Below the pieces are notes generated by a model that searched no databases, was not told the origin of the DNA, and was given only the letters and a program-made list of their open reading frames with translations. This document shows positions 25,422-38,200 of a DNA stretch of 64,000 bases, piece after piece. Each line of letters starts with the position of its first letter. Position 1 is the first letter of the stretch. The translations under genes and the position numbers were made by a program. Source of the DNA: Octopus vulgaris (lineage: Eukaryota); contig OX597815.1 of NCBI GenBank assembly GCA_951406725.2, positions 56,420,001-56,484,000 of the forward strand. The letters run 5' to 3'.

Positions 25422-26340
25422 CAGGGTGTCCAAGCAAAATTTGACTGTTGGCACAAAAAAGAAAACAGATAAACTATCCCATCCAAAAATAAAAGTATTT
25501 TTAAAAATCAAAAAATAATAATTAGATTATGGTTGAGAGATAACAATTTACTTGACGTAACCACCCTCAGCTTCCACCATGGCCTCAAAATAGCTACAGA
25601 AATTGGTGCATGCATTCCTCACTGTGTCCCTGAAAAGATCTTTGAACACCTCCTTGATCTTGGCCATCAGCTCAACCTTGATATTGCAAGCAGAATGGTT
25701 GGTGTCTTTCTCAACCACACCCTACTCATAGTGATCCATGAGAATGCAATTGGGGAAATTAGGTCAGAAATAGGGGCTGGTGAAGTTGTAGAAATTCTCT
25801 GCCAACCACGTCTGACTCCTTCCAGAGGTATGGCAAAGAGTCGAATCTTGCCATCACATATATGGCCTTCCATCAGCAACCCTCTCCAGCCAGGGTTTGA
25901 GCACAGTCTCCAGTAGCTTCACATAGCATTAGAATTGAGCCTAAAGCCCTATTCAAAAGGGTGGGACGTCACCCTCACTGGAGGCACACACAAAGACCAT
26001 CACAGTTTGGGGTAACTTAGTTTTCATGACACATATGACAACACATGGATTGTAGACAAGTTACCAGTTGTGCAGCTGGTCCTAGTAGAAGTTCTTTTCA
26101 TTTGGGAAGTACCAGAGCATCCTCGGCTGAACAAGATGCCTCTGCTTGTTCAGGAACTTCTTTACTTTCATCAAGCAGTTCTCCTTGGCCTTATCAGAAT
26201 TTGTCCCTTGTGACACTTTTACAAATGTAAGCAAAAGTCTTCATTCAGGGCCAGCTTCATGGTGGTGACTCCAATACTCATCTCTCTCATCAAAGCCTGG
26301 ATTCTCTTGCTCAGATCTTCCACCATGTTGTTCTGCAGTT
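25422..26340 (-). mobile_element. Tc1/mariner (maT/DD37D-like) transposase remnant
   Basis: CAGGGTGTCC end; frameshifted KPWLERVADGRPY..QDS..HTS.RSQTWLAENF and C-terminal EAMVEAEGGYVK. Confidence 0.7.
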
Positions 26341-26439
26341 GTTGGATGAATCCCAGCATGCAGACACAGTAAGAACAACCGCTGCGTCCATTGACATCAC
26401 ATGATAGTTGTAAATAACTGCCATTTCCAATATTCTACA

Positions 26440-26590
26440 AGAACATGTCTGGCCTTGGAAAAATATTACCTTACTTGGAAAGAGGTGAGGTTTGGTGACA
26501 GGAAGGACATGCAGCCATAGAAAATCTGTCTTAAATAAACTCTGTCCAACCCATGCAAGCATGGAAAGTGGATGTTAAACAATGATGATC
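26440..26590 (+). mobile_element. RTE 3' tail fragment
   Basis: CCAACCCATGCAAGCATGGAAAGTGGATGTTAAACAATGATGAT, homologous to the RTE tails elsewhere. Confidence 0.7.
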
Positions 26591-26814
26591 ATATCCTACA
26601 TCATATCCTACATGAGCTATTGTTTTATACATGGAATAAGTAATATTTTGCTTCATTGAAATATAGGTTATATATACACATGAAAGAATAAAGTAAAATA
26701 AGGTAGAAGAATACTGAAAGAAAAAGAAACATTTAGTTCATGAAGCTGCTGAGGAATATAAAAACGACTGTAAACAAATAATCATTAAGCTATTTATTTT
26801 TCTGCAAAATACTG

Positions 26815-28018
26815 TCCTCCATCCCTGTGTTTCCTCAGCCTACACCTTCCACACCCTCAGAGTTGGCACATTTAATGTGGGCACATTGAAGGGTAGGTCT
26901 GGTGAGATTACTGAGATACTTGAATGGAGGCTTGTAGATGTGTGTTGCATCCAAGAAGCAAGAAGAGGAGGTTCTACTAGGTTCCTCACAGGCAAACGGC
27001 ATAGGTATAAAATCTGGGTAGAGAATAGTGATGGGGTTGGGGGCATATGCAAACTTCTTGTTGAGAAATTGGTTGATAAGGTAAATAAGGAAGTCAGAGT
27101 GTGTTACAGGATACTTAAGCTTAGACAAGTGTTGCAATAAGGAAGAGTAATCATTATCTTGGCCTATGCCCCTCAGCCAGGACTACCTGATGAACATAAA
27201 GACTGATTTTGTGACACCCTTTTGCAGACTGCTTTGTTGATGAATGTCAGGGACCTTCTCTTTGTGGCTGGCGACTTCAGTGCGCATGTTGGACAGCATC
27301 CGGGTGGCTTCCATGGTGTGCATGGTGGCTACAGATTTGGTACTCATAATGAGGAGGGAATCAAGCTGCTGGAGTTCTATGATGCAAATGAGCTTATGAT
27401 CTGCAATACTAACTTCAAGAAACTTACCAGTCATCTGTTCACCTAGCAGTCTGGTGGGCACTACATTCTTGTCAGAAAATGGGAAAAATTGCTGCTTATA
27501 AATGCCAAAACTTTCCCAGGTGAAGAATGCATCCCCCAACTTAGGTTAATTGTTAGTGACTTCCTGATCTAAGGTGACATGGTGGTAAAACAATGTAGTC
27601 GACAGGGCCATTAGAGAAAAGAAATGAGCCTGGAAGGACAGTAAGAGTGGGGGTAGCAGGGAACTGCATCAGATAGCCAAAAGGGAAGCTAGGAGACATG
27701 TATATTTAACCAGGTGAGAAGCAGAAAAGAAGTTTCCCAATGTTCTGCAACTTGAGAACTAGATACTTGAAGTGTTTTGGATTACAAGACAGTGGGTGAG
27801 AGAAAATTGTGACATCATAGGAGAAATGTGTCCAAATGGATGATAGTTCACTTGTATTTAATGATTCTGAAAAGAAATAGGCTTAGAAATGCCTTTGTGA
27901 ATGGCTGATAAATGTAGAGAATAAATGGGGGAAAGAGAATCTGCCAAATGTTGACCCAAAGGAAGGAGCAGCTGTCTGAATTGACAGTAGCTTGGTAGAT
28001 AAACCAATTAAGGATATG
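26815..28018 (+). mobile_element. RTE LINE, APE endonuclease region
   Basis: LRVGTFNVGTLKG, VDVCCIQE, AYAPQ and VAGDFSAHVG motifs, with stops and frameshifts. Confidence 0.9.
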
Positions 28019-28530
28019 CCTGCACCAATATTTTGGAAGACATGGGACCCAATTCTCTGATTTAGGCCTATAGCACCCCAAACCATGATGTTTTGGTCAC
28101 CCCATGCCTCTCTCTCCATGACACATGTCTCCGTAGCATTCACCCCTCCTATGCCACACCCTCACTCTGTCATCCAAGGTCGAAATGCAGTACCAGCTCT
28201 TGTCAGAGAAGACTATTGACCTCCATTGTTGTTGTTGATGCCACCAATGTCATGCTGTGTAGCCCACTGTAATCATGCCTGATGGTAGTGGGCAATGAGA
28301 ACAGCCCCTTGAGCAGGATGACAGCAATGCAGGTTGTTGGTAGCCAGTTGACATCATGTGGTGTCATCGCTGATGGGTCACTGTCCAGTACCAATAGTCT
28401 TGTGAGCTGTCATGCTGGTTGGTCTGAAGTGATCATGGAGGTGTTGCAGGTATTGCCTGGACGTGTCACCCAGGCACACCCTCTGTGGGCATGGTCTGCA
28501 GTGCTGTTAATGCTGCTGTATTGCTGTTGA
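28019..28530 (-). mobile_element. Tc1-like transposase fragment
   Basis: WGDQNIMVWGAIGLN motif (GGGSVMVWG-like). Confidence 0.65.
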
Positions 28531-28534
28531 AAAT

Positions 28535-28567
28535 TGGTGACCCTGACGTGATTCGAACACGCAGCCT
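28535..28567 (-). pseudogene. 3' half of tRNA-Trp including CCA
   Basis: Minus strand AGGCTGCGTGTTCGAATCACGTCAGGGTCACCA, i.e. variable loop, T-arm and acceptor strand of eukaryotic tRNA-Trp. No 5' half seen nearby. Confidence 0.75.
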
Positions 28568-29617
28568 ATTTTCCTATTGCGGTATTAAGCTACCTTGAGC
28601 TTTCTCTTAGGTTATATTATTATAGTATATTCTCAATTTAGCTTTGTTACAGTAATGTAATGCTATTTATTGTTTTCTATTGGGAAATAGATTATTTTAT
28701 TTGGCTTTTTTGAGTAAGGGTGAATATAATGATTAAAACGTCACTTATAACTTAAGTGTTATCATTATACACAAATTCGAACTACAGTATATAACGCCAC
28801 AGAGAAATATACTTATGGAACACTACGAATATTAACGACATATATGTATAATATTTTCTTCGTGTTCATTTAACTGCTATAAGAAAATATAATTTTATGA
28901 TTACAGAAATGCATATTTATACTCAGTTGAAAAAAAGGTGAAGAGAAACATTTTCTTAATTAGTTTTATTATATAAATATAATATTTTATATTATGTACA
29001 TGTGAAAGGAAAGATAATTTTCATCGTGTAGAAGTACGACTATATATTCACTAGCTAATTCATAAATCAACGATTCAAAATAGACTTGTGATTTTCTTTG
29101 GACATGGCATGAAAATCAGCAATGTCTCAAAGGAGTGAGTGTCGTGGAGTTCAGTTACATCCAACAAACACTAAAGTTTTTCCCAAAATCCAGGGTTTTT
29201 ATAACTGCTCAACTTGACTTAAAAGAATCGAAATCCATTACAAATATTCTTTACGTAACTTTTTAGAATCTTCATGAGCAGTTATATCAACCAATGGGAA
29301 AAACGAAAATAATAATTCTTCGGCAATACGACATTACGTCATATTGCCAATTCGCGCTTTATTTCAAAAATGGCTAAAATGGCTACTTGTTACAATCAGC
29401 CTTTCACCAGAAAAATTGTTAAAATTTTGCGAAAAAAAATTTGTAATACATATTTTTTTTCAATACATTTGAATTAATAGTTATAACACATCAATATATA
29501 CAATGCATTTATAAATTACATATTAAACATATGAAATTAGCCTTTCCAATACGGCTTTGCAATTATAATGTTCATATACAGTTCATTTCATTTCACTGAA
29601 AAAAAAAAAATTCTATA

Positions 29618-30712
29618 GTAGCAATGAATTCAGAGTACAAGTAGGGGGTCCAACAAGGATCAGTACTCATAATCCTCCAGGCAATAACAGAGGAATTTAA
29701 GATGGGCTACCCCTGGGAGCTCTTCTATGCTGATGACCTAGCTCTTATAGCCAAAACACTACCAGAACTAGAGAAGAAATTTCAGGTGTGGAAGCAAGGT
29801 CTAGAATCAAAGGACCTTAGATTTAATCTAGCAAAAACCAAAGTCTTAGTAAGTAGGAAAGCAGACAAATCACAAATCCCTTCAGGTAAATTGTCCTGCT
29901 CAATCTGTGGAAAAGCCATTGGTAGAAACGCCGTAAGATGTATCTGGTGTATGGTGTAAGCTAGGGACACATAAGAGATGCAGTAATGTCAGAGGAAGGT
30001 TAACAGGGAAAATAATTTTTGTGTGTGGAAGGTGTACAGGTACAATAAATAAACTCTAAACAGAAAATAAACTCTATCAAATGTCAGTGGGGAAAGCTAG
30101 AAGTAGTTAGTAGTTTCTGTTATCTAGATGACCAGGTCAGTAGTGGAGGTGGCTGCTCTGAAAGAATAGCTGTAAGAATAAGAATAGCTGTAAGAATAAG
30201 AATAGGCTGGGCAAAGTTCAGAGAGCTCCTACCTCTGTTGGTAACAAAGGGCCATTCAGATTGAAAGACAGCTTGTATGATGCTTGTGTGTGAACAGCCA
30301 TGCTACATAGCAGTAAAACACAGGCTGTGACTGCCAAGGTCATGCATAGGCTTGAAAGAAATGAAGCTAATATGTTTTACTAAATGTGCAATGTCAGTGT
30401 GCATGTATGACAGAGTGTAAGCATATTGAGAGAAGAGTTGGGTATAAGAGGCATCAGATGCAGTGTGCAAGACACAACTGCGTAGGTATAGTCATATGAT
30501 GTAATGGACAAGGGCAGCTGTGTGAAGTGCCAATCTCAAACTGTGGAGGGAACTTGTGGAAGAGGTAGATCCAGGAAGACAGGAGACTGAAGCCTAGTGA
30601 AATTGTAGTTGTGGTTGATGCTGTTGCCATGTAACTGGCACCCGTGCCGGTAGCACGTAAAATGCACTCATTACACTCTTGGAGTGGATGACGTTAGGAA
30701 GGGCATTCAGCC
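29618..30712 (+). mobile_element. RTE LINE, RT C-terminal half and start of 3' UTR
   Basis: VGVQQGSVL, PWELFYADDLALIA, FNLAKTKVL, CSICGK and GRGRSRKT motifs. Confidence 0.9.
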
Positions 30713-30714
30713 AT

Positions 30715-31280
30715 AAATACAATGTAGATTGTCATATTTCTGAGAGGAACAGCACCTGTAATTAGCAGCTACCCAAAACATCAAGGTACTATGTGACATG
30801 ACATTGTCACAGAAACAATATACAATGTCATTTGAAAAAAAGACTGTCCTGGAATAAATTCTGAGAATCCCTTTTGTTATTGAATACATCAACACAAGGA
30901 ATACTGGTAGAACATTCCCATTAAAACATCTGTCAAGTAAACATAACAGGCTGGATATTGTTGCTTGGAATAAACTTGAAAAAGTATGTTCCATCACAGA
31001 GGTCAGTTGTCCTGCTGATGTGAATAGCTCTTTAAATATCAAAGAAAAAGAGGGTAACTATGAACAACTACTTCAAAACCTCCAGCTTCTATATCCAGAT
31101 TATAAATTTACGTTTATACTAATAATAATAAGTGCACTTGGTTTTGTGAGTAAATATCTAAGTGACAATCTGTATATACTAGAGTTTTCAGAAAAGGAAA
31201 TCAACCAACTAACTTGCACATTACAAATAGTAAGTGTAACAGTAAAATTATGCAAGACTTTTCTCAAGTTTAAAATGTGA
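30715..31280 (+). pseudogene. R4/Dong-like LINE C-terminus (restriction-like endonuclease)
   Basis: HDIV, HNRLDIVAWNK..C..EVSCP..N..EKEGNYEQL..IIISALG, the PD-(D/E)xK RLE pattern. Confidence 0.75.
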
Positions 31281-32509
31281 TGTATTTGTTAGCAACATTC
31301 CAGTGATAAAACTTTATATCTTTGTTAGATATTTCCTCTGAGAAATAATTTCAATAATTAAAAACAGAAGAGAACATGCATACAAGTATAGACAGATGCA
31401 ATACTTCGGTTAAATTCATATATATGTACCTGTGTGTACATATATACTATACATACAGACATACAGAAAGACATTCGTAATTTTGTTCAAAAGTATTTAA
31501 TGATATTATTGAGAAATATGTGTGTCTTTGTACATGCATATAGTGGGAAGTTGCAAACTGAAGTGGAAGTTTTGTGACAGACGTTTAGATTTCAAAAAAA
31601 CTATAATAATGGTTTGCAAAAAGTAATTAAAAGTAGTCATTCATAAAGTTTTCTTCATGTAACCTAATGATTATCAATGTTTAACATGTTGCTATGATGT
31701 TTCTTGGATGTTATATAATTGACTACTTGTAAAGATAGTCACAGTATTTTTAATGTTGTTCAAAGATCATTATTTTTTATGATCTTCAGTTTTTGTAAGT
31801 TATTGAATGCTTTAAAAAATATGGACTTTTCTGAGTAAAAGAAAAAGACGGTTTTCTTTGTGTATATAAACTATCGATATGATTGTCATCTACATCACGA
31901 AAACACCTCTGCAAAATTTCACTAAGAAGTATGTGTTATTGAGAAAGTTATGAGAAAACAAAGCCTGTGAGAAGTATCTGGATGTAATTATGCCATCAGT
32001 TTTGTATGTCAAGGCAAAGTTTTTCCTTATTTTTTTAATAGAAACTTTATTTCGTCTGGTATTCCAAAAGGTACAAAACAGAGCAATTCTATGAATATGA
32101 TTTCTTGAAATATGAATACAGAACTGAATCTCTGATATATAAATCAGTCATCATTTCTTCTGGTACTTTAAAAAAATGTTTTTTACTATTTTTAATTATT
32201 ACCTTTGTAAATTGTGTCCAGTACTCTTTCCTTTTGATAATACAGTACTTGTACCTGATCATAACTAGTGGGAATCATGGAAATTCTGGTGGGTGAATCT
32301 TGAAATGTGATTGACGCTTTGCTTTGTTTTCCTTTCACACATTTTTTTCTCCGATAACAAAGAATTAAATAAATTTTTCATTCTATTTTCTCATGTATCT
32401 TACTTTCAAAACAAAAAACAGCAGTGTTTATTATCTATACAAACTACTCATAGACACACTACTGTCAAGTTTTTAAAAAAAATAAAGATTAACTTATCTG
32501 TGAGGAAGG

Positions 32510-32680
32510 CTTAGTCACTTAAATCGACTCCAGTACTTGAATGATACTTTACTTTACTGACTCCAAAAGGATGAAAGGCTAAGTTGACCTCAATGAGATT
32601 TGAAATGAGAATGTAAAAGTTTGGAACAAATGTTGCAATGCCTTTTCCTAACAGCTTAATGATTCTGCTAGTACACCACT
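32510..32680 (-). mobile_element. SINE (second family)
   Basis: Reverse-complement homology to 43270-43450 (GACTTTGCCTTTCATCCTTT..AAGTACCAGTTGAG core). Confidence 0.7.
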
Positions 32681-33589
32681 CTTTAATAGGTTTATCATAA
32701 ATGCGAGAAAACAAGTTGGAATAGCTTGCCAATATCCATGGGTTAGCACCAAAAGCAGATGCTGCAACAAACACCATCAAAATATCAGTAGCAGTTCAGC
32801 ATGCCAAATTGGAAATTATATCAGATTTAGCAGTGGATCCAGGATATCAGTAGCTGGATTAACAATAGCTAAACTGTATTATAGTTTCAGCAGTTACCAC
32901 AAACCAGGCATATATCACATGAGCTAGCAGATCTCCAAGATCAGTTACATTACATTTAACAGTATTTGAAGCTGATCCTTGATACCATAGGATTGATAAT
33001 TTGTTTGGATATACACACAAAAACATTTTGCATAACTGTGTGCTTTATTATGCTGTTACACATTATTATACTATGATGTTTCACAGCCTGAAGTTATGCA
33101 CAACGGAACTTAATGATTTCTAAAATTGGGTATTGTAAAAGTTTGATTTTTTTCTCATCTGAAAATCATGAAGACAGAACTTAAGGAATGTCATTGATGT
33201 TAAGTGCTTTCATTTATGCCTGGAGTGGATCCAGGATGAGTTTTAACAGTTGTTGTTTCTATTCACTATCACTGAGCTGAAAACTCAAGTTAAAAGCTTT
33301 CATTGTATGAACTTGGTCTATCTTGAAAATATTGAAGATAAACACATCAGTTGAGTTACAACTGAATCACAAAATTTTAAGCCCATCTTAATGAATGGGC
33401 TTAAATGTGATAGTCAGAAGTCAAGAGATTTAAGTCAATATATATCATCTTTATCATCATCATCATAGTTTTAAAGTCTATGTTTCCATGCTTGCATGGA
33501 TCAGATGAAACTTCAGTAAGACAAGACAATTTTCTATTGTTGTATGTCCTTCCCGGTTCTGACTCTCACTTGTTTCCCAGTAAGATAAC

Positions 33590-34010
33590 TAAGAGCTTAG
33601 AAAATCTCCATAAAAGATAAAAGTAGTAATTATACTGAGAATTAAAGTTTGTTGCTGCTTTAACATGGCTGTTCCATACAAACTGACATTACTATAATTT
33701 TTAACCCAAGAGGAAGCTTCCTCTAGTTGTTTATTGATGCAATCTGCACCTGATATATGTTGCAAGCAAGGGAGCAAACCCCTACTATCTTCTAGCAATT
33801 TGACAGGACTAGCAGATCATCCAGTTTCGGGCTGTTTTTGCCCATCCTTAGTGCTAGAGATAGTAGTAGTTCATTCCAGATCACAGCATATAGAAAAATA
33901 AGTGACAATCAGTCACTAATCTTGCAACAGCTAGAGGAAGCTTCCTCTTGGGGTTAAAAATGGTAGTAACATTGGTTCATATGGAACAGCCATGTTGAAG
34001 TGGCAGCAAA
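33590..34010. repeat. Hammerhead-bearing dispersed repeat, with a partial inverted copy at 33930-34010
   Basis: Homologous to 35020-35215 and 41468-41708. Confidence 0.75.
33791..33858 (-). ncRNA. Type-I hammerhead ribozyme-like motif, copy 1
   Basis: TCTAGCA-CTAAGGA-T GGGC aaaaaca GCCC-GAAAC TGGA..TCCT GTC-AAAT-TGCTAGA; core G5>A. Confidence 0.6.
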
Positions 34011-34014
34011 TATT

Positions 34015-34790
34015 ATTATGAAGAGCCTTTTCAAAGAATGGTTTAAAAGCATTTTTTTTTTGGTCTTGCTATTGAAAAGTACAATGCCAGACATATTTCC
34101 AACAAAGCATTACTCCTTTTAGATAATGCACCAAAACATTTAGTGAATTGAAATGAACTTTCTGATAATGTGAGAGGAGAATATATTCCCAAGAATACAA
34201 CAGCTTTGCTCTAGTCAATGGATCAAAGTGTAATAGCAACTTCAAGACATATCTGAAAACTTCCTAACAACTTATTAAAGCAATTGACCAGGAGGATAAA
34301 TCTGCAATTAGAGACCTGGAATAAGTCCAACATAATTGACTGCGGATAACAGCCGACTGATGAGATGAATTGAAACCCTCAACTTTGAATGGCACTTAGA
34401 AAAGCATTTGGTCAGATTATATCCATGACTTTACAAGTTTTCCATGAGCAGAAAGGCTAAATCAAATTCATTAAGATATTGTGACACCTGCAAATGAAGT
34501 CACTGAGGACAAGGTGGCTGAGTTAGTAGTGACCCACAGAGAAAGTTTATCTGATCAGGAACTGATGTTATTAGAACAAGAGCAAGTTGAAATTACAGAA
34601 ATCTCCCCAACACCTCAACTTAAATTGTATAGGTTACTGCTATAGGATTTCCACTTACAAAGGAAGGTCTGCTGTCCCTTGCTGATAACAACCATAATAG
34701 TGAATGTAACATAAAAATTACAAGAGAAGTTTACAACGAGCTCAGTTCCTACACTGTGCTATACAGAAATGATACACCACAAACAACAAT
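34015..34790 (+). pseudogene. pogo/Tigger (DDE_1) transposase remnant
   Basis: FKEWF, KALLLLDNAPKH and YIPKNTTALL*SMDQSVIATF motifs. Confidence 0.8.
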
Positions 34791-35141
34791 TGTTGGTTAT
34801 GAACTCTAAGATGGAAGATAGTGTCACTCATCCTTCCAGTATTTCTCATTCTATCCATCACCATCCCTCAATATTCTCTATTATAATTCTTAATCCTTAA
34901 TGCATTTCTCTTTAAATGTTTTTATGTATACAATAGAATTTCACATTGTAAGATTTGCAGAAACACCTAGCCCCTGTAGCATGGGAAATTCCTGTATTAT
35001 AAAAGTCATTTCACTTCAGCAAGGCTGTTCCATATGGAATGATGTTACTACTCTTTATTAATCCCAGGAGAACACTTCCTCCAGCTGGTTAATGATACAA
35101 CCTGTATCCAATATATTGTGAGCAGTAGAGCAAACCCCTAC

Positions 35142-35212
35142 CATCTAGCAATTTAACAGGGCCAGTAGACCAGCCTGGTTTCAGGGTATTTGCCCTTCCT
35201 CAGTACTGGATG
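35142..35212 (-). ncRNA. Type-I hammerhead ribozyme-like motif, copy 2
   Basis: CATCCAGTA-CTGAGGA-AGGG caaata CCCT-GAAAC CAGG..CCTG TT-AAAT-TGCTAGATG; CUGANGA and GAAA intact. Confidence 0.62.
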
Positions 35213-35229
35213 CTTGTCTGCTAGAGATG

Positions 35230-38200
35230 ATTTTTTTATTATGAGAATATGTATCGAATACAGAAGGGACAGGACAATACAAACAAAAATAATGTAATAA
35301 TGAGTTCGAATGTGCCATACATTTTAAAAATTGATTATAAAATATATATATACAATATACGTTGACTTTTTTTTTTATTTCAAAGAGGGGATACACTCGG
35401 CAGCCTGAAAGGCTCAGCGGCTATCCTTTCTTTTTCTAATGCTGATTAAGTTGGGTTACTAACACCCACCTTTCTCATCACAGCTCATCGTTTCTCGAAC
35501 ACACTTCATGACAGGATTCTCCTTTCCAACCCTATCTTGCTTTTCAGATAGTATCTGAAGTAAAGTAGCAAACCAGGGCCAGAGATGAAGGATCCCATCA
35601 TGAATCCTTGCATTCACTCTTTCAACACTGCAACTGTACAGAGAAAACATGCCTCACCTTCCTTTGAGAGTCCAGTTGGCAGCACAATCTTTAACCAGGG
35701 CATCCCTAACCCAACCTTTAACAGTTCCTGGCTGCAGATGGAGCACCTCACAAGTGGCTTTCCTCCTTTCCACAATAAGAAAAGGAGGCATTCCAGCTTG
35801 TTTAGCCACGAGTCAGGTTAGGTGGTAGGTGATTACAGATGCAATAAACACCTGTACCACCTCTACCCTTCCTTTCAGGGACAGAGCCTGTCCGGACTAG
35901 GGCTTCCACCCTGTCTGCCACCTCACTTCAATTCTTCTCCATCTGGGAGACTGGTCCAAACCCAACTCCAAGCAACATAACAGGACCATCTGTCCAGTGA
36001 CCCACAACACTGGACGGTATCAACTTGCTCCTCCAGGTGCCGTGGCGCAAGCCAATGAACTTGTCCTTGTTAACTTTTGCCCCTGACCCATATCCTTTGA
36101 TAGCGTCCTCCACAGAAGGTAGCTGAGCTTCATTGGACACAATGATGGTGACGTCAACTGCATAAGCAGAGATTGACTTACCACATCTGATTTCATTGGG
36201 GATGCACCCCAAATTCTCCAACTACCACAGTTATGGCTCAAGAGCCAACACGTACAGCAGCAGAGACAGGGAACACTCTTGACGAACTGAGCATTTGATT
36301 GAAAATGGCTCTGACAGGTAGCTGTTAATCTGAATGGTAGATTTGATGCTGCTATACATTGTGGAGATCAACCTTCGGAAGTCCAGGCCCAGCTCAGCCA
36401 CTTCGAGGACTGCTGCTAAGTACTGGTTGTCTACCCTATCAGACACTTTACTTTGGTCTAAATAGACTAGTATCCCACCTTTGGCAGTTAATTTACCCAA
36501 CCAGTCTAAGGTGTAGTGTATAAGGTGAAGATTATCCTGGTTCGACCTGCCTGGAATGGTGCATGTCTGTGCCTTCCCGACAAGCTTCTCCAGAACACGT
36601 CAACCTTTTTGCTAACACCTTGGCCAAAATCTTTAACTCTACATAGAGTAGAGTTATGGGCCTGTAATTACTTAGAATGTCCTCCTTGCTTGGGTCCTTT
36701 TGGATCAGTATCACCACTCCCCGATTCACAGAGCAGGGAATCTTCCCATTCTGTTGCTAATTTGTGTAGACACTTGCCAGCAGGCCCTGAACAAGTCCGG
36801 CATGCTACAATAAAACTCATAGGGTAGCCCATCCAGCCCTGGCAACTTGTCCCTGGCGCACTCAGCCAACACCTCTTTGACCTCCACGTGTAATCGATCC
36901 TTCACATCATTCTGCCTCACGTGCCAAGAGTCGCAGCCCACCGATGAGGAAGCTCTTTAGGGACTCCCCATGCTCTAGCACGTCGCTCTGCCAAAACAAC
37001 CAGGTGAAATGCCTTTTGCATCTCATCCTGTCCATAGATCTTGTACCCCTGTTCATTAGTTTTATAGAGGCTTTTTTGCCCTTCTGACACTCCGCATGAT
37101 GGGCCCATCTGGCAATGTTAATACCGTCTCGGCCCACTGCACATAGCTTAGCTCTAACTCTGCAGCCTTTGTGTTTGGCTTTGAGGTGACAGTACAAGAC
37201 TGTTCTCACCACCAGTACTCCAGCTGCAGAGCCAGATTCCATAGCCTCATCTGAATTCTATTAGATTTAGCAATCAGATGATTGTTAAATCTAATAGACT
37301 CTAAATGAATGGCTTTCTTGAGACTGTGCCACCATCTATTATTAATGATGGTGCCACATAATGCCCTCTGTACTAAATCCTTAATCTAGGCACTGAAAAC
37401 TTCACAAGTCAAAATAGATTTGTTCATCTTCCAGTACCCGGGTCCCTGTCTATGACATTTATCTATATGTACCTCGCATGTCACAAATTTGTGATCTGTG
37501 TTAGGGACAATGCAAAATTGTGGACGACTAAAAGTATCCTTATCTCTATCTCTAACGAATATCCTATCTATGAGATCTGCGTGAGCAGTCGTTATTACTC
37601 CACGTCCACTGTGGAATGCTCGGCTCATCCAGTCTACTAGATTATAGTTTTCTAGTAAACCCTTGAGGCCAGGATTTCCCCTCCTATCAGTTGAGCCAAC
37701 ACTATCCACCCGTGCATCAAGGATAGTGTTAAAGTCTCCTAACAGAACTACCATTTTTGATGTCACTAGAAAGTGCTCTCGGTCTCGATAAAAACCAGAC
37801 TATCTACACTCCTAAGGAGCATAGACAGCTACCAACCTTCTAGGTCCATAAAGACTGTACTTACCTGTAAGTCCAAGGTCTTCCTGAGTAGGACCACTGT
37901 GCCCCCTCCTCCTCATCGGTTAGGAGAAATAAACTTCTCACAGCCATTCAGAAGAGGCAAGAATGCTTGTGGTTCACTCATCTTGGACTCAGTTACAATG
38001 GCCACATCTATACCTCATGACCTTAAGTCGTTCAGGAAACAAGCTTGTTTCCATTTCAACCCCAGGCCACACACATTTATGCACCCTAGCTTAATCAACA
38101 TGATGAATTTTATAGAAAGGAATTACTTACAATTTAAATTTGGGGAGAGGTTGCACAAATTCACCTGCCTCCCCATCCTTTTCTTTTACTGGTGAAGCCG

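Noticed and set aside
32690-33010. Coding-looking stretch (LANIHGLAPK...)
   Set aside because: Multiple stops; the resemblance to a LINE endonuclease start is too weak to call
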